A stretch of DNA of 61,686 bases from Clostridia bacterium (GCA_028720145.1 JAQYLJ010000050.1:1-61686); one strand, 5' to 3'. Positions 20,007 to 30,005 are shown, counted from the first letter of the stretch. Numbers and translations are program-made. Notes: generated by a model from the sequence alone, not told the origin.

Positions 20007-21274
20007 TCCGAACGGTCGGTTCTTGCGATTCTGCCGCCCGGGAGTATCTCTACCAAATGTTTGATTTCCAGTTTTGTGATTGCAACCGTAACTTTCACCG
20101 GTGCCGCGCCCTCGACCGTAATACTGTCGCAGAGGCAGTCTCCGGTTTCGGGGATTTGCTCGTAGACCGAACGGGTAAACGCATCGAGCGATTCGAGTGC
20201 CTCCCGACGCATCTCTGTCTCGGGGTCGGACGCGACGGCATCCCCACCTGTTGAAAGCGTGTCGCTCGGGGTGGGAAGAGCCGTTTCCCTCGGTTCTTTT
20301 CTCTTCTTGCCTTTTGATGCAACTTTCGCCCATGCGAGCGTTTTTTCACAGTTGCCCGGGGGTGTCTCCAAGAGTCGGAACATATTGATAATTCCCGGGA
20401 AACTCTTTTCATAAGCAAACAGGATATCTTCCGCGCAGACAGCCGCTTTTGCACCCTCTCGGAGCAGAAGTGCCGTCCCCTCGCAATAGATATCGTCGAC
20501 ATTCCCGGGTAAGGCATAAATCTGCCGTTTCTGCTCGTAGGCATGATGCGCGGTAATCAAAGCACCGCTGTGTAAGGTCGCCGATGTCACGAGTACGACA
20601 TGGGAGAGCGCGGAGATGATACGATTCCTAATCGGGAAATTGACACCGTTCGGTTTGGTCCCGGGAGCGAACTCGGTCAGGACCACACCTTTTCGGGCGA
20701 TCAAACGCGCGAGTTTCACATGCTCTTTCGGATAAATGATATCAATCCCGCTCCCGAGCACCGCCACGACTCTCCCGCCGCCGTCCAATGCTGCGGCGAG
20801 CGCAATACTGTCGATTCCGTAAGCCAACCCGCTGATGACGGTGGCACCGCCCGCGGCTAAATCGTGACCCATTTCAAATGTCATTTTCTCGCCGTAGTCG
20901 TTATGCTCTCTGCTCCCCACCATGGCGACACAGAATTCGGTATCGAAGTCGGGGAGTGTCCCTGCATAATACAGCAGCACGGGAGGATTCTTTATTTCGC
21001 GCAGTCTCTTCGGAAACCGCTCGTCGTCATAAGTCAGGATGCCGACATTGTGCATCGCGGCATAGTCCAGGATTTCTTCCGCCCGTCTGAGATTTTTATC
21101 GGATAAAGCCACTAAAGTCATACGGCTTTTGATTCCCAGCACACGACGGAGAGCGTCTGTATCGGCATGATAGATTTCTTTCGGGGAGGAAAACGCGTGC
21201 CGCAGTTTCGCGTACGCTTCAGTGCCGGGCGTAAGCGCATTACTCAGCCAAATCCAATATATCAGGTCTTTCAT
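20003..21274 (-). CDS. dprA: DNA-processing protein DprA
   Basis: 423 aa. It has an N-terminal SAM-like region, a Rossmann core (GSREHNDYG...ISGLAYGIDS...GSGIDIIYPKEH) and a C-terminal winged-helix-like tail. A GGAGGAA RBS is present. Confidence 0.9.
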   Translation of the reverse strand: MKDLIYWIWLSNALTPGTEAYAKLRHAFSSPKEIYHADTDALRRVLGIKSRMTLVALSDKNLRRAEEILDYAAMHNVGILTYDDERFPKRLREIKNPPVLLYYAGTLPDFDTEFCVAMVGSREHNDYGEKMTFEMGHDLAAGGATVISGLAYGIDSIALAAALDGGGRVVAVLGSGIDIIYPKEHVKLARLIARKGVVLTEFAPGTKPNGVNFPIRNRIISALSHVVLVTSATLHSGALITAHHAYEQKRQIYALPGNVDDIYCEGTALLLREGAKAAVCAEDILFAYEKSFPGIINMFRLLETPPGNCEKTLAWAKVASKGKKRKEPRETALPTPSDTLSTGGDAVASDPETEMRREALESLDAFTRSVYEQIPETGDCLCDSITVEGAAPVKVTVAITKLEIKHLVEILPGGRIARTDRSE

Positions 21275-21297
21275 GGCTTCCTCCCCGTTTCAACTTC

Positions 21298-22146
21298 CTA
21301 TTTTTTGGGGTTCCCCGCTTTTCTGAGTTCCCACAGAAATACCGATGCCGCCACCGCTGCGTTCAGGGATTCCGAATCGCCGGAAATCGGCAGGTAAACA
21401 CTTTCCGTTGCCGCATTGGATAGAACCTCGGAGATGCCGTGCCCCTCGTTCCCGATGAGAAAGACATCGGTCGGCGACAAAGTCATATCGTCGATCGAAC
21501 AAGCATTTTCTCGCAATTCCGCCGCGTAGACACGGCGCCCCTCTGCCCTCATGTCGGAAATCAACTCCGCCATATCCGTGACATAGCGGATATTCAAATG
21601 GAATACGCCCCCCATCGCAGCTCTGAGCACCTTGGGATTATATACATCCACACAGTCGGCAGTCATATAGAGCGTCTCGATGCCGAATGCTACCGCACTC
21701 CGAATGACGGCGCCGAGATTCCCGGGGTCACGCAGACCGTCTAAAATCAAAGCAGGATTCTTCTTTTCCGATAGAAGTGTATCTTCATTTATTTTAATTA
21801 TATTTTCGATTTTGTCAAGGTATTTTACGACGGTGATGATTCCTTGCGGCGACTTTTCACGGGAAATGCGCTCAAAGAGCGTACTCTCCACCAAAATGAC
21901 GGTCGTATCACGATATTTTTCGTCGGATAGCACCGCTGTCAGCTCTTGTATATATTGCTCTTTTCGCGCTTCGTTCAGAAAGACCGTCTCAATCTCGGCG
22001 CCTGCTTTCGCTGCTTCCGAAAAGAGTTTGTATCCGTCGAGGGCGAACACCTTTTCCGCATCGCGTCTGCCCTTGTCTTCAAGTGATGTCAGTCGCTTGA
22101 TGGCGGGATTCTGTCGGCTGCTGAGCACTTCGGATCCTATTCTCAT
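21298..22146 (-). CDS. TrmH/SpoU-family RNA 2'-O-methyltransferase
   Basis: 282 aa. SpoU motifs are present: LDGLRDPGNLGAVIRSAVAFG, LIGNEGHGIS and IPISGDSESLNAAVAASV. Confidence 0.85.
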   Translation of the reverse strand: MRIGSEVLSSRQNPAIKRLTSLEDKGRRDAEKVFALDGYKLFSEAAKAGAEIETVFLNEARKEQYIQELTAVLSDEKYRDTTVILVESTLFERISREKSPQGIITVVKYLDKIENIIKINEDTLLSEKKNPALILDGLRDPGNLGAVIRSAVAFGIETLYMTADCVDVYNPKVLRAAMGGVFHLNIRYVTDMAELISDMRAEGRRVYAAELRENACSIDDMTLSPTDVFLIGNEGHGISEVLSNAATESVYLPISGDSESLNAAVAASVFLWELRKAGNPKK

Positions 22147-22195
22147 ATCTGCCCAATCTTTTTATAGAAATTTTTGTATTTTTCTTTGAAAACAA

Positions 22196-22218
22196 AAGAG
22201 GGTAAATGCCCCTCTTTC
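22196..22218 (-). terminator. intrinsic terminator (second of a tandem pair after rplT)
   Basis: The minus strand reads AAAGAGGG-GCATTTA-CCCTCTTT followed by TGTTTTC. Confidence 0.5.
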
Positions 22219-22273
22219 CATTTGATTTTCATTAGATTTGCCCGGTGTACAGTGGTTGTCTACCGATGTCCTT

Positions 22274-22311
22274 AAAAGAAAGAACACCTGCGTATTTGAC
22301 GCAAGTGTTCT
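22274..22311 (-). terminator. intrinsic terminator of the infC-rpmI-rplT operon
   Basis: The minus strand reads AGAACACTTGCG-TCAAATA-CGCAGGTGTTCT followed by TTCTTTT. Confidence 0.7.
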
Positions 22312-22319
22312 TCGGTACC

Positions 22320-22673
22320 TTACAGAGCCGCCTTTGCCTTCTCGCAGAGCGCAGCAAACGTGTTCTTATCAGAAACAGCAATTTCTGCAAGCATCTTGCG
22401 GTTCAGAACAATACCGGCTTTTTTCAGACCGTGCATCATGGTGGAATAGTTCATTCCGTTGACTTTCGCCTGAGCGGAAATTCTCGCGATCCACAACTGA
22501 CGGAACTCTCTCTTCTTCTGTTTCCGTCCGGCGAACGCGTAGTTGCCGCTCTTCATGACGGCCTGTTTCGCCATCTTGAAATGTTTGGATTTTGCGCCCC
22601 AGTACCCTTTCGCGGCTTTCAGGACACTTTTTCTTCTCTTGCGCGTCATCATTGCGCCTTTTACTCTTGCCAT
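22320..22673 (-). CDS. rplT: 50S ribosomal protein L20
   Basis: 117 aa, [30 protein letters not shown]. Confidence 0.97.
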   Translation of the reverse strand: MARVKGAMMTRKRRKSVLKAAKGYWGAKSKHFKMAKQAVMKSGNYAFAGRKQKKREFRQLWIARISAQAKVNGMNYSTMMHGLKKAGIVLNRKMLAEIAVSDKNTFAALCEKAKAAL

Positions 22674-22696
22674 TGTTTCTTCCTCCTAAATGTCCC

Positions 22697-22891
22697 TTAC
22701 TTCTGAATGAGGGTTCTGTATGCAGGGGTCATGGATTTGCTGAGCACAGCGCCCTTGCGCAGATTTCTTTTTCTCTTTTGCGTTTTCAGTCCAAGGTTGT
22801 GGCGGTGCTGCGAATGATTCATCTTGATTTTCCCGTTACCGGTCAAAGAAAATCTCTTCGCGGACGCCTTATGCGTTTTCATCTTTCCCAT
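22697..22891 (-). CDS. rpmI: 50S ribosomal protein L35
   Basis: 64 aa, MGKMKTHKASAKRFSLTGNGKIK. Confidence 0.95.
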   Translation of the reverse strand: MGKMKTHKASAKRFSLTGNGKIKMNHSQHRHNLGLKTQKRKRNLRKGAVLSKSMTPAYRTLIQK

Positions 22892-22929
22892 TGTATTTCT
22901 CCTTAGCGTTATCGCTTAAAATAGATTGC

Positions 22930-23472
22930 TTATTTCGCGGGTTTCGCGCCTGCTTTCACAGGCACAAGAAGTACGGAACAGAATCTGCCGTCAATCACGG
23001 GTTTCTTATCGGTTGTACCGTATTCGGCACACGCCTCCATAAACCGCTCGATGACCTGCACCCCGATTTGCTGATGAGCCATTTCCCGCCCTTTGAAGCG
23101 GATAGCCACCTTGACTTTGTCTCCCCCCTGCAAGAACTTGATCGCCTGATTCAGACGGGTGTTGAAATCGTGGGTGTCAATTTTGCAAGAAAGCTGAATT
23201 TCCTTCACCTTCACAACGGTTTGGTTCTTCTTCGCTTCCTTTTCCCGCTTATCTTTCTCAAAGCGGAATTTCCCGTAGTCGATCGCACGGCATACAGGCG
23301 GCTCGGCGGTCGGCGCAATCAGCACCAAATCCACACCGTGGTCGTAGGCATATTCGAGAGCATCTTTGGTCGGCATGATACCGATCTGCTCTCCTGCGGG
23401 GCCGATCAAACGGACTTCTTTTACTCGGATGTCCTCGTTAATCGGAACTTCTTTAGAATTTGCAGCAGTAAT
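22930..23472 (-). CDS. infC: translation initiation factor IF-3, non-canonical ATT start
   Basis: The listed ORF starts at an internal TTG (23409). The frame stays open 21 codons further to an ATT at 23472..23470, which is preceded by GGAGGATACGAAC. The added residues ITAANSKEVPINEDIRVKEVRL match the conserved IF-3 N-terminus. Confidence 0.9.
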   Translation of the reverse strand: MTAANSKEVPINEDIRVKEVRLIGPAGEQIGIMPTKDALEYAYDHGVDLVLIAPTAEPPVCRAIDYGKFRFEKDKREKEAKKNQTVVKVKEIQLSCKIDTHDFNTRLNQAIKFLQGGDKVKVAIRFKGREMAHQQIGVQVIERFMEACAEYGTTDKKPVIDGRFCSVLLVPVKAGAKPAK

Positions 23473-23632
23473 GTTCGTATCCTCCGTTCAAACAGAAACA
23501 AAAAATGCGTACGAATTTCGCACGCACCAAAACAAGACACGCCCTAAGGCATGTAAAGCATATGGACCATACGCACCCTTGTGGTATGGTGAGAACGAAA
23601 TTCTACTTTATGAAGTCGGATTCTTCCGACCG
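23473..23632 (-). ncRNA. L20-leader-type 5' leader of the infC operon
   Basis: A ~160-nt untranslated leader lies between a perfect consensus promoter and the infC RBS. It contains stem-loops (GTCGGAAGAATCCGAC) and a terminator hairpin plus U6 just before the RBS. Position and architecture match the Firmicute L20 autoregulatory leader. I could not run a covariance-model check. Confidence 0.6.
23500..23526 (-). terminator. attenuator terminator inside the infC leader
   Basis: The minus-strand RNA is UGCGUGCG-AAAUU-CGUACGCA followed by UUUUUU, ending 28 nt upstream of the ATT start. Confidence 0.65.
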
Positions 23633-23638
23633 CGTATG

Positions 23639-23667
23639 ATTATAGCATCCCCCAATTGCCGTGTCAA
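23639..23667 (-). promoter_or_regulatory. consensus sigma-A promoter of the infC operon
   Basis: The minus strand reads TTGACA (23667..23662), a 17-nt spacer, then TATAAT (23644..23639). Confidence 0.8.
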
Positions 23668-23720
23668 GTCATTTTTTCAATTTTCTCATGTTTCTCTTCA
23701 GATTTTTTCTGAAAATCCTA

Positions 23721-23749
23721 TGGCAATTTAGAAATATATATGTTATAAT
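23721..23749 (+). promoter_or_regulatory. extended -10 promoter for lon
   Basis: TGGCAA (a weak -35), a 17-nt spacer, then TGTTATAAT (23741..23749), ~55 nt upstream of the lon start. Confidence 0.5.
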
Positions 23750-23803
23750 TATGTGGATTGCCATGCGCACAATAAAACCCATCGCAAAGACCAAGGAGCA
23801 ACT

Positions 23804-26221
23804 ATGAATACCACCGAAATCACCGGCACACAACTGATAAATCTACCCGTTGTCCCCTTGCGCGGGACCACGGCATTTCCGCATACGCTTTTCCGTCTCA
23901 ACATTCAGACGGACGATCACGATTATTCCGCCGTCAACGAAGCGCTCTCCGAAAAAGGAGACCGCGAGTTACTTCTACTCACCCAAAAGGATATTTTGGA
24001 AGACGAACCGGGGATCGACGGTTTCTATGAAACAGGCGTCATTGCCGAAGTCGAACAGGTGTTGCAAGGACCTGAGAACAGCCGCGGCATTGTCTTATCC
24101 TGCGTCTGCCGCGCACATGTTCTGCATCTCTCTTCCGACGATGACGGGTTCCGTGCCCTGGTTATCCGTAACGAAGAACCCGAGACTCCCCTGACGGATG
24201 AGAGCAAAGAGCTCGTGTACCGTCTCGCGCACCTCATCTCGACCGAAAACGAATTGCGGGGAAAAGACGCGCTGAAAAACGCCTATCTTGCGGTTATCAG
24301 TACGGAAGACCTCGGTAAAACCGCAGACTGTATCGCCTCTGCCCTGCTGAATGACTATCGTCATCGGCAGAAAATCCTCGATTGTTTCGATATTTATGAA
24401 CGCACGGAAGCCCTCTGTTCCGCATTGCAAGAAGAGTTTGAGTGGGCGGCGTGTGAAGAGAGGATTGAGAGCTCCGTCCGCTCAAGCATGGAGGAAAGCC
24501 ATAAGGAATACTATCTGCGTGAACGCCTGAAAGCCATTCAGAACGAACTCGGGGACGAAGAAGAGGACGACGAAATCCGCGACTATCAGAAGCAAATCGA
24601 CGATGCGGACCTCCCGGACGAAGTCCGCGAGAAACTCGAAAAAGAGCTCGGTCGACTCGCCAAGACCCCATACGGCGCCGCAGAAAGTACCGTCCTGCGG
24701 AACTATCTCGACATTTGCCTTGAAATTCCGTTCGGCAAAACCGCCTCCGAAAAAATCAGTGTCACCGAAGCGCGAGAAGTACTCGACCGCGAGCATGACG
24801 GACTGAAGGAGGTCAAAGAGCGCATTCTCGAATACATTGCCGTACGGCAAATCTCCGACAATGTCAAAGGGCAAATCCTCTGCCTTGTCGGACCTCCCGG
24901 GGTCGGAAAGACCTCGATTGCGCTCTCTATCGCGCGCGCCATGAAACGCCCTGCCGCCAAGATTGCTCTCGGCGGAATCCGCGATGAAGCGGATATTCGC
25001 GGACACAGAAAAACCTATGTGGCGGCACAGCCCGGGCGTATCGTCGATGCGCTGTCCGATGCGGGGGTGATGAACCCCGTCATGATTCTCGATGAGATTG
25101 ACAAACTGTCTGCAAGTCCGATGGGCGACCCCGCCTCGGCTCTGCTGGAGGTGCTCGACCCCGAGCAGAACAAGGTGTTCCGCGATCACTACACCGAGAT
25201 TCCGATGGACCTCTCCGACTGTGTCTTTATTGCCACCGCCAACTACTACGATCAGATTCCCGCGCCGCTCGTCGACCGTATGGAGATCATCGAGGTCTCG
25301 TCCTATACCGAAAACGAAAAGTGCGCCATCGCCCTGCACCACCTGCTGCCGAAACAGCTCGCACAGCACGGTTTGGCAGAGGACGCTATCAAGATTACCG
25401 AACCCGCGATGCGGGAAATCATACGGCTCTATACACGAGAAGCGGGCGTCCGTGAACTCGAACGGCGCATCGCAGCTCTCTGCCGGAAAGTCGCCATGCG
25501 TACGGCTGAAGGCAAACAGAACCCCGTAACCATTTACAGCGGGAAACTCAAACCTCTGCTCGGAAATCCGAAGTATTCCGAAGAAAAACCCGAGCAGACT
25601 GATTTGGTCGGGGTTGTCAATGGGTTGGCGTATACTTCTGTCGGCGGCGATGTGCTCGAAGTAGAAGTCCTCGTAAACCGCGGCGCCGGGAAAATCGAGA
25701 TGACAGGATCCCTCGGGGATGTCATGAAGGAATCCGCAAAAATCGCCGTAAGTCTCGTGCGCTCTCTTGCCGCCGCACACGGAATCGACGAGAACTTCTA
25801 CAAGGAAAACGATTTGCATATTCACTTCCCCGAAGGTGCCGTACCGAAAGACGGACCCTCGGCAGGTGTCACGATGACCTGCGCCATTTTCAGTGCGCTG
25901 TCCGGCCTTCCCGCGCGGCATGATCTCGCCATGACGGGAGAAATCACCCTCCGCGGAAAAGTCCTGCCCATCGGCGGACTGAAAGAAAAATCCATGGCGG
26001 CTTACCGTGCGGGTATCAAAACCGTCCTCATCCCGCGGGAGAACCTGCGCGACCTCGATGAAATCGATGCAGAGGTGAAGAAGCATCTGACTTTTGTCCC
26101 CTGTGATACGATTGAAGACATTTTGTCCCGTGCTCTCATCGGCTACGGGCAAGAGCAGCAACCGGCAAAGCGCACGCGCAAATCTCTCGCTCCGACGACA
26201 GATGGCAGGGTGCGTGTATGA
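23804..26221 (+). CDS. lon: ATP-dependent Lon protease (LonA)
   Basis: The ATG at 23804 follows CCAAGGAGCAACT. The protein has the Lon N-domain ([14 protein letters not shown]), Walker [10 protein letters not shown], and the catalytic Ser in [11 protein letters not shown]. The listed GTG at 23753 adds 17 unlikely residues. Confidence 0.95.
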   Translation: MNTTEITGTQLINLPVVPLRGTTAFPHTLFRLNIQTDDHDYSAVNEALSEKGDRELLLLTQKDILEDEPGIDGFYETGVIAEVEQVLQGPENSRGIVLSCVCRAHVLHLSSDDDGFRALVIRNEEPETPLTDESKELVYRLAHLISTENELRGKDALKNAYLAVISTEDLGKTADCIASALLNDYRHRQKILDCFDIYERTEALCSALQEEFEWAACEERIESSVRSSMEESHKEYYLRERLKAIQNELGDEEEDDEIRDYQKQIDDADLPDEVREKLEKELGRLAKTPYGAAESTVLRNYLDICLEIPFGKTASEKISVTEAREVLDREHDGLKEVKERILEYIAVRQISDNVKGQILCLVGPPGVGKTSIALSIARAMKRPAAKIALGGIRDEADIRGHRKTYVAAQPGRIVDALSDAGVMNPVMILDEIDKLSASPMGDPASALLEVLDPEQNKVFRDHYTEIPMDLSDCVFIATANYYDQIPAPLVDRMEIIEVSSYTENEKCAIALHHLLPKQLAQHGLAEDAIKITEPAMREIIRLYTREAGVRELERRIAALCRKVAMRTAEGKQNPVTIYSGKLKPLLGNPKYSEEKPEQTDLVGVVNGLAYTSVGGDVLEVEVLVNRGAGKIEMTGSLGDVMKESAKIAVSLVRSLAAAHGIDENFYKENDLHIHFPEGAVPKDGPSAGVTMTCAIFSALSGLPARHDLAMTGEITLRGKVLPIGGLKEKSMAAYRAGIKTVLIPRENLRDLDEIDAEVKKHLTFVPCDTIEDILSRALIGYGQEQQPAKRTRKSLAPTTDGRVRV

Positions 26222-26823
26222 AGCTCCCGAATCTGAACAACGTCTCTCTGAAAATCAGCGCAGGGAGACCGAATCAATTCCCCGCGGACGGTATCCCGCA
26301 GATTGCGTTTTCCGGTCGCTCCAATGTCGGGAAAAGCTCGCTTATCAACTGTCTGCTCGGAAGAAAGAGCTTGGCGCGAGTGAGCGGAACCCCCGGGAAA
26401 ACCATCACCGTCAATTTTTATAATGTCGACAATACGCTGTATTTTGTCGATTTGCCCGGCTACGGATTCGCGCGGCGCTCGGCGGACAGCAAACGGGTCT
26501 GGTCAGACCTCACCGACGGCTACTTTGTCAAGAATCCGAACCGTGATTTACTGCGTCTCGTCGTGCAACTGGTCGACAGCCGCATCGGTCCCACCCAAGA
26601 CGATACCATGATGATGGAGTGGATGCTCTCGGAGAACATTCCGTTCGTTTTGGTCGGCACCAAAGCGGACAAACTCAAAAAGAGCGAACGAGACGCATTT
26701 CTCACCGAAATGCGGGAATCTTATCTCAACGGGACAAGCATTCCCGTGCTCCTCTTTTCTTCTCAAACACGGGAAGGAAAAGAAGCACTTTGGGGGCATC
26801 TCACCCACGCTCTCACAAGATAA
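26218..26823 (+). CDS. engB: ribosome biogenesis GTPase YsxC/EngB
   Basis: 201 aa, with G1 GRSNVGKSSLIN, DLPGYG and TKADK. It forms an ATGA overlap with the lon stop. Confidence 0.93.
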   Translation: MKLPNLNNVSLKISAGRPNQFPADGIPQIAFSGRSNVGKSSLINCLLGRKSLARVSGTPGKTITVNFYNVDNTLYFVDLPGYGFARRSADSKRVWSDLTDGYFVKNPNRDLLRLVVQLVDSRIGPTQDDTMMMEWMLSENIPFVLVGTKADKLKKSERDAFLTEMRESYLNGTSIPVLLFSSQTREGKEALWGHLTHALTR

Positions 26824-26835
26824 GGAGAATCCGAA

Positions 26836-27579
26836 TTGATATTCTCGGTATTTTCAAATCCCGTTCTACTCCTCTACCTCATTCCCACTCTGCTGATCTC
26901 CTTGACGGTACATGAGTATTTTCACGCATTCACCGCGACAAAACTGGGAGACCCGACCGCCCGCGCGTTCGGACGACTGACGCTCAATCCCTTAAAGCAC
27001 TTAGACCCCATCGGCACGGTCGCCGTCCTGCTCTTCGGCTTCGGATGGGCGAAGCCCGTCCCGATCGACTCGCGATATTTTCGGAAGCCGCGGAGAGATA
27101 TGGCGCTCGTAGCGGCGGCAGGACCGCTCTCCAACCTCGGGATGTCTTTTCTCGGTGCCTTTTTCTCTCTCTTATTTTTACATTTCTTTTCTTTGAGTTC
27201 CGCGCACCTTCTCGCCAGTTTTCTCTATCATTTGGCGAATCTCTTTTATGTGTTTCACCTCGTCAATCTGACGCTCTTTCTGTTCAATCTGTTGCCGATC
27301 AGTCCCCTGGACGGCTCGCATCTCCTGTCGCTCATTCTGCCGGCGAGAGCCAACGACTGGATCGCGCGGCACAGAAGACAGCTCTATTTGGGACTCATGC
27401 TTTGGCTTCTTCTCGGGTCTTTCGCCTATCGTTTCCTTCTGAGAATCCCCGTGATTGCTTCCAACACGGTTCTGCGTAGTATTCTTCGGGTGCTCACCCT
27501 CAGCGGACTTATTTCCGACTTGGCTTCCCTGCTGTCCTCCCTCATTCTGAAACTGTTTTCTTTGATTCCCTTTCTGTAA
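26836..27579 (+). CDS. site-2-protease-family (M50-like) membrane zinc metalloprotease
   Basis: TTG start after AAGGAG. It has an HEYFH (HExxH) motif in the first TM segment, a polytopic hydrophobic profile, and NLLPISPLDGSH. Confidence 0.8.
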   Translation: MIFSVFSNPVLLLYLIPTLLISLTVHEYFHAFTATKLGDPTARAFGRLTLNPLKHLDPIGTVAVLLFGFGWAKPVPIDSRYFRKPRRDMALVAAAGPLSNLGMSFLGAFFSLLFLHFFSLSSAHLLASFLYHLANLFYVFHLVNLTLFLFNLLPISPLDGSHLLSLILPARANDWIARHRRQLYLGLMLWLLLGSFAYRFLLRIPVIASNTVLRSILRVLTLSGLISDLASLLSSLILKLFSLIPFL

Positions 27580-27588
27580 CGGAGTATT

Positions 27589-28503
27589 ATGGATACACTG
27601 CAATACCATCTGAATGACTTTGACGGTCCCTTGGATCTGCTGCTCACGCTGATTTCCAAGAACAAAATCGACATTCACGATATTCCCATTGTCACCATCT
27701 GCAATCAGTACATGGCGTACATTGAAGAAGCACAACAGTTGGACATGGAAATCGCGAGCGATTTTCTCATCATGGCGAGCGAACTCATGCTCATCAAGAG
27801 CAAGATGCTGTTGCCCGGTCGCGACGAGAAAGACGACCCGCGTAAAGAACTCGTCAACCGTCTCGAACTTTATATTGCCACGAAAACCGCGGCGGAACAG
27901 CTACGCCCGCTCTTTCAGAAGTACGCGGGTCGGTGGGAGAAAGAAGAAGATGAGATTCTCCCCGAAAAAGAGATGCCGCTCGGCTTGAATACAGCGCTCC
28001 TGACAGAGGCGATGCGAGCCATGCTCGCGCGTATCAACGCCCTGCAACCCGAGCCGGAACTGTTGATTTCCCCGCTTATCAGTACGCCTATCGTCTCGGT
28101 CGAGGAAAAAATCAAAGAGATCGTCTCTCACCTTGAAACATGCGGCGCCGCGACCCTCTTCACGCTTTTGAAGCCATCCGAAACAAAAGCGGATTTACTC
28201 GCGCGTTTCATGGGGATTCTGGAACTGATTAAGATCGGACGGGTCCTCATCTGCCAAAGCATTTTCGATCTATCTCCTGCCCCGTTCCATGAAGAAAGCG
28301 AGGACATAGACGCGTGTATGCGCGACAAGTCCGACGCGACGGCGGGCCTCAACCTGACCCTGACCCTAAACCCCGATTACGACCCCACCCAAGACAAGTT
28401 TGTCAGCGAATTTGAAAAAGACACCCCCGAGACCTTCTCGGCCGAACAGGACGAAAAAGAGGAGCAACCCGACAATGGAAACGAGTATCACGGAAATGAA
28501 TGA
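27589..28503 (+). CDS. scpA: segregation and condensation protein A, with an acidic C-terminal extension
   Basis: MDTLQYHLNDFDGPLDLLLTLISKNKIDIHDIPIV is a classic ScpA N-terminus. The last ~70 aa are D/E-rich. Confidence 0.92.
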   Translation: MDTLQYHLNDFDGPLDLLLTLISKNKIDIHDIPIVTICNQYMAYIEEAQQLDMEIASDFLIMASELMLIKSKMLLPGRDEKDDPRKELVNRLELYIATKTAAEQLRPLFQKYAGRWEKEEDEILPEKEMPLGLNTALLTEAMRAMLARINALQPEPELLISPLISTPIVSVEEKIKEIVSHLETCGAATLFTLLKPSETKADLLARFMGILELIKIGRVLICQSIFDLSPAPFHEESEDIDACMRDKSDATAGLNLTLTLNPDYDPTQDKFVSEFEKDTPETFSAEQDEKEEQPDNGNEYHGNE

Positions 28504-29278
28504 TTCGGAGGTCACCTCCACCCCCGATACGCTCGGGAAGAGCATTACGCTCGAGGACTACGAGAGCGCCATCGAGGCGATTCTCTTTGCCGCGGGACAT
28601 CCGATTTCCTATGAGCAGCTTGCGAAGACATTTGAACTCCCGCTTTGGGAGCTGAAACAAATCGTCGAAGATTACGCGGAGAAATACAATGCGTCCCCAC
28701 TCTCGCGGGGTGTGACGCTGATTACCTTTGATACCTGCTGTCAATTATGTACCAAGCCGGAATACATCGCACTGATTCGTTCTGCACTCGGGATTCGGAA
28801 GAACGCCGGCACCCTATCGCCATCCACCATCGAAACCCTGACGATCATCGCCTATCAGCAGCCTGTCACTCGTGCGTATATTGACGCGGTACGGAACGCC
28901 GATTCTTCCTATGCGGTCACGAATCTGTTAGATCGAGGTCTCATCGAGCCGAAAGGGCGCAAAGACGCTCCCGGCAGACCCATTCTCTATGGGACAACCA
29001 ATGCGTTTCTTCGGTGTTTCGGGCTTGCGTCACTCGATGAACTGCCCGGTAACGAGGGTGAAGCGAAAAATGTCTTTACCACCATTGACCACCGTCTCCA
29101 TCTTGATGGCGAGAATGAGCAAATCTCCATTGACGAACTCATGGGGAACGAGCCGCCTGCGCCCGATGCGGGAGCCGACCTCGCCGATAGAGAGATTCCG
29201 ACGGAAGAGCCGGATGAACTCTACAATGACGATAACGCGACCGAAGAAGCGGAGAGACATCAGATCGACGATATCTGA
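28475..29278 (+). CDS. scpB: segregation and condensation protein B
   Basis: The ATG at 28475 lies 10 nt after GAGGAG. The protein contains ESAIEAILFAAGHPISYEQLA and IAYQQPVTRAYIDAVRN. The start is uncertain; alternatives are 28496 and the listed 28400. Confidence 0.88.
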   Translation: METSITEMNDSEVTSTPDTLGKSITLEDYESAIEAILFAAGHPISYEQLAKTFELPLWELKQIVEDYAEKYNASPLSRGVTLITFDTCCQLCTKPEYIALIRSALGIRKNAGTLSPSTIETLTIIAYQQPVTRAYIDAVRNADSSYAVTNLLDRGLIEPKGRKDAPGRPILYGTTNAFLRCFGLASLDELPGNEGEAKNVFTTIDHRLHLDGENEQISIDELMGNEPPAPDAGADLADREIPTEEPDELYNDDNATEEAERHQIDDI

Positions 29279-29305
29279 TGTTCCCATGCCGGAAAGGATA
29301 CGAAT

Positions 29306-30004
29306 ATGATTGCGCTTTCCATTATCGGCGGAATCCTACTCTTTCTCCTTTTGCTTCTCTCTGTTCGGATCCATCTGCTTTTGGATTTAGACGGGGATCT
29401 GCGGCTGAGAGTGCGCGTCTTGTGCTTTCGTTTTCAGATTCATCCGCGAAAGCGAACGCCGCGCGGCGTGATTCGTCAGCAGCGTAAACAGGAAAAGAAG
29501 CTGAAGAAAAAGTTGGCGAATAAGCAAAAGCCACAGAAAGAGAATAAAGAAATCTCCGAGAAAACAGCTCCGAAAAAGAAGAAGACCGACATTCTCGCTC
29601 TCATCCGTTTGGTGATCCGCATCCTCAAGCAAATCGCGAGAAAGTTCCCTTCCTATTTCAAACTGAAAATCAAACGTTGTATCATCAAAGTCAGTGGAAA
29701 AGACGCGGCAGAATCCGCAATCCGCTATGGAGCCGTGCGCGCGGGCGTTTACGCTTTGGCGACCGTAGCCGACAGTTTTTTCACCGTGAAAAAGACGCGA
29801 AAAAGCGTACTGACCGTGGACCCCGAATTCCTCTCCGACAAGAGCTCGATTTCCCTTTCCATGGATTTCTATACCAGTGTACGCGCGGTGCTTGCACTTG
29901 CCCTGCGTATTCTGTTCGCGTTTCTGCGTCGTCCCAAAAAGAATACAACGCCGCAAACCCCCGATACCCGAGAAATTACAGACACAACCGAAAAGGAGTC
30001 TTAA
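29306..30004 (+). CDS. DUF2953/YtfI-like sporulation membrane protein
   Basis: 232 aa. An N-terminal TM helix is followed by a Lys-rich linker and a second domain. It sits immediately upstream of a GerW/YtfJ homologue, mirroring the ytfI-ytfJ pair. Confidence 0.6.
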   Translation: MIALSIIGGILLFLLLLLSVRIHLLLDLDGDLRLRVRVLCFRFQIHPRKRTPRGVIRQQRKQEKKLKKKLANKQKPQKENKEISEKTAPKKKKTDILALIRLVIRILKQIARKFPSYFKLKIKRCIIKVSGKDAAESAIRYGAVRAGVYALATVADSFFTVKKTRKSVLTVDPEFLSDKSSISLSMDFYTSVRAVLALALRILFAFLRRPKKNTTPQTPDTREITDTTEKES

Positions 30005-30005
30005 T

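Noticed and set aside
20003-20500. The long DprA C-terminus (423 aa in total) considered as a gene fusion.
   Set aside because: The frame is continuous. The extra residues form a charged linker followed by a segment consistent with the usual C-terminal winged-helix domain, and no second domain family is evident.
22900-23800. The switch from minus-strand to plus-strand genes, as a possible replication origin.
   Set aside because: There is no dnaA or dnaN, and no cluster of TTATCCACA-like boxes. Minus-strand operons (rpe, ispDF, the oxidoreductases) reappear downstream. It is just a divergent promoter region.
23640-23803. Possible CtsR or CIRCE heat-shock operator upstream of lon (GTCAAGTCATTTTTTCAA).
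   Set aside because: It matches neither the GGTCAAA-NAN-GGTCAAA repeat nor the TTAGCACTC-N9-GAGTGCTAA palindrome. Part of it is simply the reverse complement of the infC -35 box.
24482-26161. A 559-aa minus-strand ORF inside lon.
   Set aside because: It is an antisense shadow ORF of a highly conserved + strand gene, with no start context or motifs.
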